From Leptolyngbyaceae cyanobacterium (GTDB taxonomy: Bacteria > Cyanobacteriota > Cyanobacteriia > Phormidesmidales > Phormidesmidaceae), in the NCBI GenBank assembly GCA_965263355.1, contig CBDHHL010000004.1, positions 1-20,947 of the forward strand: a stretch of DNA of 20,947 nt. Direction: 5' to 3'. The notes beneath the pieces are model-generated. The model saw only the letters and a list, made by a program, of their open reading frames with translations. It ran no database searches and had not been told where the DNA came from. Shown piece by piece: positions 5,456 to 14,848 of the stretch. Made by a program: the position numbers and the translations under genes. Positions within the stretch are counted from its first letter, which is position 1, and each line of letters opens with the position of its first letter.

Positions 5456-8400
5456 GTGGCCGCCACCGTTTTGAGAATCATCAGTTCATCTGCGATGGTC
5501 TGCACCGTATGTCGAATTTGTTCTTCTGTATGCAAAGAACTGACAAAGAATCGCAGTCGGGCTGCATCGTAGGGCACCGATGGATACACCATGGGCTGTA
5601 CGTTAATGCCCTGCTGGAATAGGGTATGGCATAACTGCACCGCTTTGTAGGGTTCACCCACAATCACCGGGATAACTGGGGAGTCGTGGCTATCCCCTGT
5701 ATTGAGGCCATGGTCTTTAGCTAGGGAAAGGAATAGTTGCGATCGCTCCTGCCCCTGCTTCACCCGTTCAGGCTCCTGCTGAATAATCCGCAATGACTCT
5801 AACGCTGCCGCCGCATTGGCGGGCGACATACCCACGCTAAACACAAACCCAGGAGCCGTATATTTCAGATATTCCACCAGGGCTGCACAACCTGCAATAT
5901 AGCCACCACAGCTGGCAAAGGTCTTGCTCAATGTACCCATCCATAAATCCACACTGGCGGCCACCACCTCAAAGTGCTCGCCCACACCGCGTCCCGTTTT
6001 GCCCAATACCCCAATTGAATGGGCCTCATCCACCAAAAGCATTGCCTTATGGGCCGTTTTCACCCGAATAAAGTCCGGTAGCGGAGCCAGGTCACCATCG
6101 GTACTGTAAACCCCTTCAATGGTGACCAACACTTTTTCATAGTGGCGACGGTGTTCGCATAGCAATTGATCCAGCGCTTGCCAATCATTGTGGGGAAACT
6201 CGATCATCGTTGCCCCCGAGAGCCGACAGCCCTCTCGAATACTGTTGTGACTCAGAGCATCGTAGAGAATCAGATCTTTTTCTCGGAAGAGATGACCAAT
6301 GGTGGTGACATTGGTAGCATGGCCACCGATATAGGTAATACAATCTTCTGTGCCTAAAAACTGGGCTAACCCCTGTTCTAGCTGACGGTGGAGGGGGCGC
6401 TCACCAGACGACACTCGGCTCGCTGACACAGAGGTACCATATTGGCTAATGGCCGACTGCGCGGCAGAATTCACCCGAGGATCGCCCGATAGGCCTAAAT
6501 AGTTATAGCTAGAGTAGTTAATTAACGATTGACCATTAATTTCCGTCGTATCCTTCGCAGTGCCCCCATGGACCATAAAGAAGGGATTGCCTAACCCTTC
6601 TACCCGATCCAGGTCCTGCCGCAAGCGGCGATAGTCAGCCATTTGAGAGAACTGGTAATGTTCCGGTGGTGGTGTATAGGTGGGTGTGTTTAGTCTCGGT
6701 GGAACTTCTTTAATCACTGTTTTGACATTCTCTTGTTTGGGAGCATGCATAACTATAGGAGATGGTTTTGGGCTTACCTCGGGGGTAGCGCCCTTCGTTG
6801 TTGGTGCAGGAACTGTTTGGTCGATGCTTTCTGTAACCGTTACCATAGGCAGTACAGGGGCAATATCTTGTACCAAATAGTTGGCCAGAGAATTAATGGA
6901 GGGATAGTCAAAGGCCAGGGTTTGGGACACTGGATGATTGAGATTCTTTTGCAGACGGTTGGTAAATTCAACTGCCATGAGAGAATCCATCCCCAGATCG
7001 CCAAACTGTTCGTCGGGGTCAATGGCATCGGCAGTCGTAAAGCCCATCACCTTAGCCAGCTGTGCTTGTAGGTAGGTGGCCAATATCGCTGAGCGTTCAC
7101 CGTCGGACGTTTTTGCCAGCTGTTGCAAGATTTCAGGATTGGTCGCAGTGCCTTTAGATGTCTCGGTCACCGCAGGCATTAACGCCGTTAATAAGGGAGA
7201 ACTGGCACCACTGGCCTGACCACTGGCTGAGTTTATAAACTTAGCCCAGTCCATGGGGATAATGCCGACCTGGGCCCTGGCTTGACGCATCATTTGGCTC
7301 ATCAGTTGCAGTCCCAAGTCTGTCGGAATGGGGGTTAACCCTTGCTCTGTAAAGCGCTGCTGGCTACGGTCATCTAGCTGGGCGACCATCCCTGCATCGG
7401 CCCAGGGACCCCAGTTGAGGCTAAGGCCCGGTAACCCAAGGCTACGGCGATATTGGGCGAATCCATCTAAAAATGCATTGGCCGCTGCGTAGTTACCCTG
7501 GCCGAGGGAACCCATAAGAGACACCATGGAGGAGAAACAAACAAAGTGATCCAGGTCATGTTTTTGGGTCAGCATATGTAGGTTCCATGCACCCGTCAGC
7601 TTAGGAGCCATGACGGCATTAAACTGTTGCCAAGACTGATTGACTAGCAAGCCGTCTGCGAGAGTCCCTGCGAGATGGAAAATTCCCTTAAGTGGCCTAG
7701 AGTTTTTGGCAGAGAGTAGCGGAGAGAGCACTGTTTTGAGTGTGTCTAAATCAGCAACATCTGCCTGAATGACTTGAACTGTAACATCCTTTTTTTGGAG
7801 TTGATCAATAGTTTGCTGAGCCATCTCAGAGGGGGCTCGTCGGCTCAACAGAATGAGCTGACGGGTGCCCTGGTCTGCTAGCCACTGGGCTATGGTTAAC
7901 CCCAATGCACCTAAACCGCCGGTTACAAGATAGGTCGCGTTGGGGTGAATTAGGGATTGGCGGGGTGCGATCGCAGGCAGGGTTAACACCACTTTGCCCA
8001 CATGCCGGGCCTGGGCCATATAGCGAAATGCATCAACAGCCGCTTCAATGGGAAAGACTGTTTTGGGCAATGGGTATAGCGTCTTTGCCTCAAACTCCGC
8101 CATTAAGTGGGTCAAGATGTTGGCAATCAGCTGTGGCTCTGCATCGGAAATATCTAACAGATCAAAGGGAAAATACGCCACATCGGGTCGGGCCGCTTGC
8201 ATTTGTTCAGGTTCCCAGACACCGATTTTGCCAATTTCCACAAATCGTCCCTGGGGTGCTAAGACCTCTAGGCTTTTATCAATAAAGTCTCCATTTAAGC
8301 TGTTAAATACGACATCCACCCCCTGCCCATCGGTGATTGTCAGAATCTCCTCGGCAAAGTCCAAGGTGCGAGAATTCATCACATGGTGAATTCCCATGGA

Positions 8401-11400
8401 TTGTAAAAAGGACCATTTGGGAGGACTCGCGGTTGCAAAAATCTCTGCCCCAATTTGCTGGGCGATTTGCACCACTGCCTGACCCACCCCCCCGGCAGCA
8501 GAGTGGATCAAGATTCGATCGCCCGCTTTGAGCTGCGCACAGTGCACCAGCCCATAGTAAGCCGTTAGAAACGTAGTCGGTACCGTTGCTGCCTCGGCAA
8601 AATCGAGTGTGGAAGGTTTGAGCACCAAAAAGTCCGTGGGCACCGTCACAAATTGACTCAATGTTCCCAGGGTCTGGGCCAGGACCACTTCATCACCTAC
8701 TTGTAATGTGGTCACATCAGGTCCCACAGCCGTGATCACCCCTGCGCATTCTCCACCAAACGGCACGTCCTCGGGGGTGGCAAATCCCATGGCTTCGGCC
8801 ACTGCCTGCAATAGTCCCAGGGCATTTAATACATCACGAAAGTTAAGCCCAGCTGCCTTGACCTGAATCTCTACTTCTCCCGATTGAGGAGCCTGTCGTT
8901 CTGTTGGCATCAGGGTGAGATGATCGAGCACACCGTAGCTGGTCAGACCCACGCGAAATGAATCAGCCTTGGGAATCTCTAATAACGGTTGGGAGGCAGC
9001 TGCTGTAGGGGCAACCAATCGTGCTACAAAGCGATTGTCTTGATGATACGCAATCTGGTCTTCATTATCTGGGTAACACAGATCATCTAGTAGCATCTCC
9101 CAGGTGGGGGCAGTGAGCACCTGGGGCAGATCCAAACAAGTACAGGCCAGATGGGGTTGTTCTAACCGTAGGCTGCGGGCCAGACCCCATAAGGGCATTT
9201 GCTGCAGCTGTACTGAGGACTGTACTTCTACCGCCTGAGTTGCCTGGGTAATTAACCATAGCCGAGCCGATAAGGCAGGCATCTGAGCCAGGGCCAACAC
9301 CAAATGCAGTAAACCACCACAGTTCTGTTGTTGGTCTACGAGGGTGACTTGTTCTTGAGCCGTATCTAATGCCCAAAGATAACCAATCTGACAGTTTAGT
9401 TTTCCCTGCTGTTCGGCAATCAGTGTTGGTAATAAATCGGTAAATAATTGGTCAAAGTCGTCTGGCTTTGACGGATTTAACCTGTAGATATTGTCCTCTA
9501 ACGAGGCCTGATATTGTTCTCCAGCTTGAATTATAAAGCAGCGATTACCTTGTTCACGTAAAGCAGTGGCCAGCCTATTGCCAATCCCTTGGGTATCTGT
9601 AAACAATAGCCAGGTGGCATTATCTGTAGTCGATGTTTGGGGTGCTTTGGTGTGGGGTTGCCAGGTCAGGCTATAGACCCAGTCTTGCCCAACCACTTGG
9701 GGCGACGGCTGCAGCTTGGGTGTCCCGACTAACTGTTTGAGGGCATCATGTTTAACATATTGCAAAGTCATGCCAGTCATCTGGGCGGCCAAGGAGCCTG
9801 TGTCATCCCAAATTAATACATTGGCTTTGAGGGTTTTGACAGTGGCTCCGTTCTTCTGTTCAGGCGGTTGCAATCGTACCCAGCACCACCCTGTAGACCT
9901 GAGGGGACGATAGAAATGGAGCTGGTCTATGCCGACTGGCAAATAGGTTCCCAGGGAGACGTCAGCCTTGACCGCTGCGCCAATGGTTTGAAAACAACCA
10001 TCCAAAAGTGTTGGATGCAGACAATAGGCATTGCTCCTGGGGGTATCAGTCATCTGTAAATGACTGAGAGACTGGTCGTCATGTTGCCAAAGTTGTTGAA
10101 TGGTACGAAAGTGAGGGCCATAGTTTAAGCCCTGCTCGCTGAGTGCCTGGTAGTAGCTGTCTACCGCCACTGGATAGGGCAGCAACGATGTCTGGAGAGA
10201 GGCTAATGACACGGACGGAGCGGTAATCTGGCTTAGGGAGGTGACGCCGGCAGTGGCATGGCGAGTAAATGTGGCATCCTCTATATTGTTTAAGCTAAAG
10301 ACTTGGACAGTGCCTGTTTCCTGTTCTCCCGGTGTCAATACCAATTGTAGAGCTGTAGAGCTGTTCTCAGATAAGGTGAGGGGACGTTCAATGGTTACTT
10401 GGGTCAAGGTGATGGCCTCACTGTTGTGCCAGCGGCAGGCGGCTGCGATCGCACCCTCCACATAGGCCGCCCCCGGTAAAATAACCTGATCTAGTACCTG
10501 ATGATCCTTGAGGTAGCCAGGTCGCTGAGGACTAATCTCACTTTGGTAGCGCTGTTTTGTTGTGCCTGCCAACAACAACCGTTGCCCAATCAACGGATGA
10601 TCGGTAGACATTGCCATAGCTGATACAGGGGCTGCTGGCCGCATGGCCGGAATGGGCGGACCTGACCACCAGTAGCGCTGTCGCTGAAATGGATAGGTGG
10701 GCAGAGTGATGCCAGCACCAGACCGATGAGGAAATATCTCAGCCCAATTAATGGTTGCTCCTTGGGTGTATAGGGCTGCCAGACTAGTTAACAGGCCTGC
10801 CTGCTCTGCCTGGTTTGGACGCAGGCTGGGCAGCCACTGTATATCTTCCACATTGGGCAAACAGCTACGCGCCATACCCAACAAAATTGGCTTAGCCCCA
10901 ATTTCTAAAAAGATGCGTTCCTCTCGTGTACCAAGCGTTTTTACTGCATCTAAACACTTAACGGGTTGGCGCACATGGCTGACCCAATAATCAGCGGTGG
11001 CAATTTCGTCACTGGCCAAGTCCCCCGTTAGCATTGAGATAATTGGCAGTGTGGGTAGTTGAAATGTAATCGATTCTGCCACCTGGCGAAACTCATCTAA
11101 CATGGGCTCCATCAGGGCTGAATGGAAGCCATGGGAAACCGTCAGTTGCTTATGCTGGATGCCTTTAGCCTCAAACTGTTGGATCAGGTTAGCAATCGCC
11201 TCCGCTGTGCCAGAAATTACCGTGCTTTGAGGGCTATTGATGGCTGCGATCGCAGCCCCATATTCCTCTACATAGGGTCTACACTGCTCTACATCTGCCA
11301 TTACAGAGACCATAGCCCCCTCTGCTGGCAATGCTTGCATCAAGCGTCCGCGTTCAGCAATTAACCGCAGGCCGTCTTCCAGACTAAACACCCCTGCTAC

Positions 11401-13329
11401 ACAGGCGGCTACATACTCCCCGAGGCTATGGCCCATCACAACAGTGGGCCAAATTCCCCAAGATTGCCACAGCTGCGCTAAGGCATATTCAAACGCAAAG
11501 AGAACCGGTTGTGTATAGATGGTATCGTCAATGGTGTATTCTGCTGGACCCTTGCGGTACAAAATCTCTATCAAAGGCACATGATAGGATTTTAGAATCT
11601 CCGCACAGCGATTTAAAGCCTCTCGAAACACAGATTGGGTCTCATAGAGTTCTTTGCCCATGCCCACGGATTGAGAGCCCTGCCCCGTAAAGAGAAAGGC
11701 AACATCATCGGCAGTGGATGACTGCCTCGAAACCGCCATGCCTGCTGTTTCTTGTTCGCTGAGCCAGTTCGTTAACTGTGTTTTTAACTGATTGCTGGAT
11801 TCGCTAACGCAGGCTAGCCGATGAGAGAAATGAGAGCGCCGAAGGCTGGCAGCTGCACATAGCTCTCCCACATCTAGATCAGATTGTTCGTCTAATAATT
11901 TGACATAACGCTCTGCTGTTACTCTTAACGCATTACGTCCCTTGGCAGATAGGACTAATAGATGAGGGTGAAGAACATCTAGATTGGTTTTATCTCTCTC
12001 TGGAACCATATCAGAGAGAACAACATGGGCATTGGTACCACCAAACCCAAAGGAATTGATTCCGATATAGGTGGTTTGGGTATCGCCATCTTGAGAAACT
12101 CTCTTTGGTAAAGGGGCTAACTCGGTCTGCACCCGTAATCGCAATTGTTCAAAATTAATCGCGGGATTTGGCTGATAGCAATGGAGACTTGGCGGCATCT
12201 CACGATGTTTTAACATTAGTGCCGCTTTAATCAAACCAGCTACCCCAGCCGCCGTCTCCGTATGGCCGATATTTGTTTTAACTGAACCAATTAGACAAAC
12301 ATCATCCGCTGCTCGTCCCGGCGACAGAACAGCTCCCAAGGCCTGGGCTTCAATGGGATCACCCAGCTTAGTCCCGGTGCCATGGGCCTCCACGTACTGC
12401 ACCGCTGTCGGATCAATATTAGCCTGACGATAGGCGGCTTGAATCACGGCAGTCTGCGCTGTAGCACTTGGGGCTGCCATCCCTTGACTGCAACCATCTT
12501 GATTAACCGCACTACCACGAATCACCGCATAGATAGAATCATCATCCGCTAAGGCCTGGGCCAGGGGTTTTAACACCACCAAACCTGCCCCTTCGCTACG
12601 TACATAGCCATCAGCACTGGCATCAAAGCTTTTACAACGGCCATTGCTCGACATAAAGCCACCTTTCGCAAACCCAGCCGTGACCGTTGGCAACAGCAGC
12701 ACATTGACACCACCGGCAATCGCCACCCTCGACTCCCCTGCCCACAGGCTTTGGCAGGCCAGATGAACGGCCACCAGGGAAGATGAACAAGCCGTATCCA
12801 CTGCCAGACTGGGTCCTTTAAAGTCAAATAAATAGGAAATCCGATTGGCTGCGATACAGTTACCGGTCCCCGTGGTTGCATAGGGATCATTGACTGGTTG
12901 CTGCCACAGCATAATCGAGTAGTCATGGGTACCAATGCCAATAAACACCCCCGTTTGTGACCCGCGCAAAGTGTCAGGAATGTGGCCTGCATCTTCCAGT
13001 GCTTCCCAGGTCACCTCCAGTAAGAGACGCTGCTGGGGATCCATGGTGGTCACTTCCCGAGGCGCAATGCCAAAAAACTGTGGGTCAAACTGATCGACCT
13101 GGGATAAAAAGCCACCCCAGCGAGTATTGGCCTTATCGGGGACAGTCGGGTCAGGATCGTAAAACTTATCCACGTCCCAACGGCTTTCAGGGACTTCCGT
13201 CACACAATCCTGGCCATTGCGCATCATTTGCCAAAAGGCGTCGGGCGTATCTGCCCCTCCGGGATAACGGCATCCAATACCAATGATCGCGATCGGCTCA
13301 GGGGATACAGAAGGGCGAGAAGCACTCAT
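5452..13329 (-). CDS. Type I PKS fused to alpha-oxoamine synthase: KS-AT-DH-ER-KR-ACP-AONS/SPT-like
   Basis: KS: DTACSSS, HGTGT, NIGH. AT: GHSLGE, HGFHS (malonyl-type). DH: HQVLDQVILP, LLDGCFQ. ER: IHSAAGGVG. KR: TGGLGALG, GQGNYAAAN. ACP: LGMDSL. PLP domain: SYNYLGL, SHNSI, EGVYSTDGD, DEAHS, GTLSK. The probable start is ATG 13329 (MSASRPSVSPEPIAIIG) rather than 13464. Confidence 0.95.
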   Translation of the reverse strand: MSASRPSVSPEPIAIIGIGCRYPGGADTPDAFWQMMRNGQDCVTEVPESRWDVDKFYDPDPTVPDKANTRWGGFLSQVDQFDPQFFGIAPREVTTMDPQQRLLLEVTWEALEDAGHIPDTLRGSQTGVFIGIGTHDYSIMLWQQPVNDPYATTGTGNCIAANRISYLFDFKGPSLAVDTACSSSLVAVHLACQSLWAGESRVAIAGGVNVLLLPTVTAGFAKGGFMSSNGRCKSFDASADGYVRSEGAGLVVLKPLAQALADDDSIYAVIRGSAVNQDGCSQGMAAPSATAQTAVIQAAYRQANIDPTAVQYVEAHGTGTKLGDPIEAQALGAVLSPGRAADDVCLIGSVKTNIGHTETAAGVAGLIKAALMLKHREMPPSLHCYQPNPAINFEQLRLRVQTELAPLPKRVSQDGDTQTTYIGINSFGFGGTNAHVVLSDMVPERDKTNLDVLHPHLLVLSAKGRNALRVTAERYVKLLDEQSDLDVGELCAAASLRRSHFSHRLACVSESSNQLKTQLTNWLSEQETAGMAVSRQSSTADDVAFLFTGQGSQSVGMGKELYETQSVFREALNRCAEILKSYHVPLIEILYRKGPAEYTIDDTIYTQPVLFAFEYALAQLWQSWGIWPTVVMGHSLGEYVAACVAGVFSLEDGLRLIAERGRLMQALPAEGAMVSVMADVEQCRPYVEEYGAAIAAINSPQSTVISGTAEAIANLIQQFEAKGIQHKQLTVSHGFHSALMEPMLDEFRQVAESITFQLPTLPIISMLTGDLASDEIATADYWVSHVRQPVKCLDAVKTLGTREERIFLEIGAKPILLGMARSCLPNVEDIQWLPSLRPNQAEQAGLLTSLAALYTQGATINWAEIFPHRSGAGITLPTYPFQRQRYWWSGPPIPAMRPAAPVSAMAMSTDHPLIGQRLLLAGTTKQRYQSEISPQRPGYLKDHQVLDQVILPGAAYVEGAIAAACRWHNSEAITLTQVTIERPLTLSENSSTALQLVLTPGEQETGTVQVFSLNNIEDATFTRHATAGVTSLSQITAPSVSLASLQTSLLPYPVAVDSYYQALSEQGLNYGPHFRTIQQLWQHDDQSLSHLQMTDTPRSNAYCLHPTLLDGCFQTIGAAVKADVSLGTYLPVGIDQLHFYRPLRSTGWCWVRLQPPEQKNGATVKTLKANVLIWDDTGSLAAQMTGMTLQYVKHDALKQLVGTPKLQPSPQVVGQDWVYSLTWQPHTKAPQTSTTDNATWLLFTDTQGIGNRLATALREQGNRCFIIQAGEQYQASLEDNIYRLNPSKPDDFDQLFTDLLPTLIAEQQGKLNCQIGYLWALDTAQEQVTLVDQQQNCGGLLHLVLALAQMPALSARLWLITQATQAVEVQSSVQLQQMPLWGLARSLRLEQPHLACTCLDLPQVLTAPTWEMLLDDLCYPDNEDQIAYHQDNRFVARLVAPTAAASQPLLEIPKADSFRVGLTSYGVLDHLTLMPTERQAPQSGEVEIQVKAAGLNFRDVLNALGLLQAVAEAMGFATPEDVPFGGECAGVITAVGPDVTTLQVGDEVVLAQTLGTLSQFVTVPTDFLVLKPSTLDFAEAATVPTTFLTAYYGLVHCAQLKAGDRILIHSAAGGVGQAVVQIAQQIGAEIFATASPPKWSFLQSMGIHHVMNSRTLDFAEEILTITDGQGVDVVFNSLNGDFIDKSLEVLAPQGRFVEIGKIGVWEPEQMQAARPDVAYFPFDLLDISDAEPQLIANILTHLMAEFEAKTLYPLPKTVFPIEAAVDAFRYMAQARHVGKVVLTLPAIAPRQSLIHPNATYLVTGGLGALGLTIAQWLADQGTRQLILLSRRAPSEMAQQTIDQLQKKDVTVQVIQADVADLDTLKTVLSPLLSAKNSRPLKGIFHLAGTLADGLLVNQSWQQFNAVMAPKLTGAWNLHMLTQKHDLDHFVCFSSMVSLMGSLGQGNYAAANAFLDGFAQYRRSLGLPGLSLNWGPWADAGMVAQLDDRSQQRFTEQGLTPIPTDLGLQLMSQMMRQARAQVGIIPMDWAKFINSASGQASGASSPLLTALMPAVTETSKGTATNPEILQQLAKTSDGERSAILATYLQAQLAKVMGFTTADAIDPDEQFGDLGMDSLMAVEFTNRLQKNLNHPVSQTLAFDYPSINSLANYLVQDIAPVLPMVTVTESIDQTVPAPTTKGATPEVSPKPSPIVMHAPKQENVKTVIKEVPPRLNTPTYTPPPEHYQFSQMADYRRLRQDLDRVEGLGNPFFMVHGGTAKDTTEINGQSLINYSSYNYLGLSGDPRVNSAAQSAISQYGTSVSASRVSSGERPLHRQLEQGLAQFLGTEDCITYIGGHATNVTTIGHLFREKDLILYDALSHNSIREGCRLSGATMIEFPHNDWQALDQLLCEHRRHYEKVLVTIEGVYSTDGDLAPLPDFIRVKTAHKAMLLVDEAHSIGVLGKTGRGVGEHFEVVAASVDLWMGTLSKTFASCGGYIAGCAALVEYLKYTAPGFVFSVGMSPANAAAALESLRIIQQEPERVKQGQERSQLFLSLAKDHGLNTGDSHDSPVIPVIVGEPYKAVQLCHTLFQQGINVQPMVYPSVPYDAARLRFFVSSLHTEEQIRHTVQTIADELMILKTVAAT

Positions 13330-13424
13330 GCGGGCTAAGGGATGTACAGCAGACAGGGTTGAATAAACTGGACTAAATGTAAAAGACCCTTTATTGGAAG
13401 TCAACGGTTGACTGGGTGGGCATT

Positions 13425-14675
13425 CTACCCCATGGCAGAGCTGCTTAAACTCTCCTGTTGCCAAATATTGAGTAACTTATTCACAACCCCCTTCCAACTG
13501 TAATCAGCCATAGCCTGCTGGCCTTGTTGCCCTAAAGTTTTGCGCCACGGTTCATCGGCCAATAGGCGGGTGAGCGATTGCCCAAAACTCACCACATCTT
13601 GCGGTTGAAATAGCAGTCCATTCTGCTCTGGTTGAATGAGGGTGGTCACTCCACCTGCATCCGGGGCCAGTACTGGAATGCCAGCGGCAAATGCCTCCAT
13701 TACTGTCAATCCAAAGGTTTCTTTTTCAGACGCGGTCACATGGATATCACTATTGACCAGTAGGGCAGGTACTTCGTCTGGAGAAATGCGCCCCAACATA
13801 TGAACGTCCAGACCTAATGTCTGTAGCCCGTGATAAACTTCGTTTTTCAGTTCGCCATCCCCGGCAATGACGATGGTTACCCGTTTAACCCAGAGGGCAT
13901 TGTTTGGCTCGTTGACCCAATGGGCAAAGGCTTTTAAGGTAAAACGCCAGCCTTTGTCGGGGGTTAAGCGCCCTAGAAATGTTAGTGTCAGGCTATCCTG
14001 AGGTGCTTCAATGCCATACTGGGTCTGAAAAAAATCGGGCTGACGCTGCAGGGGTTGGAATTTGCTAAGGTCCACACCGAGTAAGCGATCGCACATCACA
14101 TTCCGCAACCCCAACTGCTCTACCCGTGCCTGGGTCACCGGGCTGGAGACCAAAATCGCATCATAGGCATGGAATACGGGCCGCATCACCAACATAGAAG
14201 CCCACTGGAGCAGGGCAATCAGCCAGCCTGGTAGAGGAAAAAAATCCTCAATGTAGTCAATAAAATTTGTATGATAAAAGCCTATACAGGGAATGCCCAG
14301 GGCTTTAGCGTAGGTCACTCCCGGTGCCTGCAATAGTCCTAAAAACAGGCGATCCGGTTCATCCACATGGATTACATCTGGGCCAAATGCCTGCAGTGCC
14401 TGATGTAATCCAGACCGAGCCTGCAGGTTCATATTGCGCTCAAATGCAACCCCCATAAAGGGTTCACTGGGCAAGTTTACCACCTGCACCCCCGGCAAAA
14501 TGTCGCCTTGAAACTCACGCCAGTTGGGATAAACCGCTTCTATGGGCTGGTAGTCAGGACAGAGTACTAATACCTGATGACCTAGTTCGCTCAGGACTCG
14601 CAATCGTTGAGCTAGTGACACCGTCACTCCATCGACAACGGGAAAAAATCCAGAACTTATAATCGCAATTTTCAT
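13425..14675 (-). CDS. Glycosyltransferase family 4 (GT-B, SqdX/PimA-like lipid glycosyltransferase)
   Basis: MKIAIISSGFFPVVDGV, FYHT, GRLTPDKG and ETFGLTVMEAFAAGIPV (EX7E motif). ATG 14675 is preferred over GTG 14687. Confidence 0.9.
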   Translation of the reverse strand: MKIAIISSGFFPVVDGVTVSLAQRLRVLSELGHQVLVLCPDYQPIEAVYPNWREFQGDILPGVQVVNLPSEPFMGVAFERNMNLQARSGLHQALQAFGPDVIHVDEPDRLFLGLLQAPGVTYAKALGIPCIGFYHTNFIDYIEDFFPLPGWLIALLQWASMLVMRPVFHAYDAILVSSPVTQARVEQLGLRNVMCDRLLGVDLSKFQPLQRQPDFFQTQYGIEAPQDSLTLTFLGRLTPDKGWRFTLKAFAHWVNEPNNALWVKRVTIVIAGDGELKNEVYHGLQTLGLDVHMLGRISPDEVPALLVNSDIHVTASEKETFGLTVMEAFAAGIPVLAPDAGGVTTLIQPEQNGLLFQPQDVVSFGQSLTRLLADEPWRKTLGQQGQQAMADYSWKGVVNKLLNIWQQESLSSSAMG

Positions 14676-14848
14676 GATCTGAGGCACAAGTTTGCGAATA
14701 CTTTAGTCGATGTGCTGTCCCTATAGAGCATTATGACCACTGCTTACCGGACCCAAGCAACGGATACCGCCATATCCGACCTGGAAAGCGGTAGATGTAG
14801 CTCAGAGATTAATTTCTACTGTCCGTTATCTCAGCTAGAGGTGACCGT

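Noticed and set aside
5452..6650. Saxitoxin sxtA or biotin bioF
   Set aside because: There are no MT/GNAT domains and no sxt or bio genes; the domain is fused to a reducing PKS module.
11500..12250. Apparently more AT-rich patch in the KS-AT linker suggesting a mosaic PKS
   Set aside because: This is an impression by eye only; it could not be quantified and no breakpoints were visible.
13330..13464. 45-aa N-terminal extension of the PKS
   Set aside because: It uses a TTG start overlapping the GT4 3' end and has no domain-like character; ATG 13329 directly precedes the KS.
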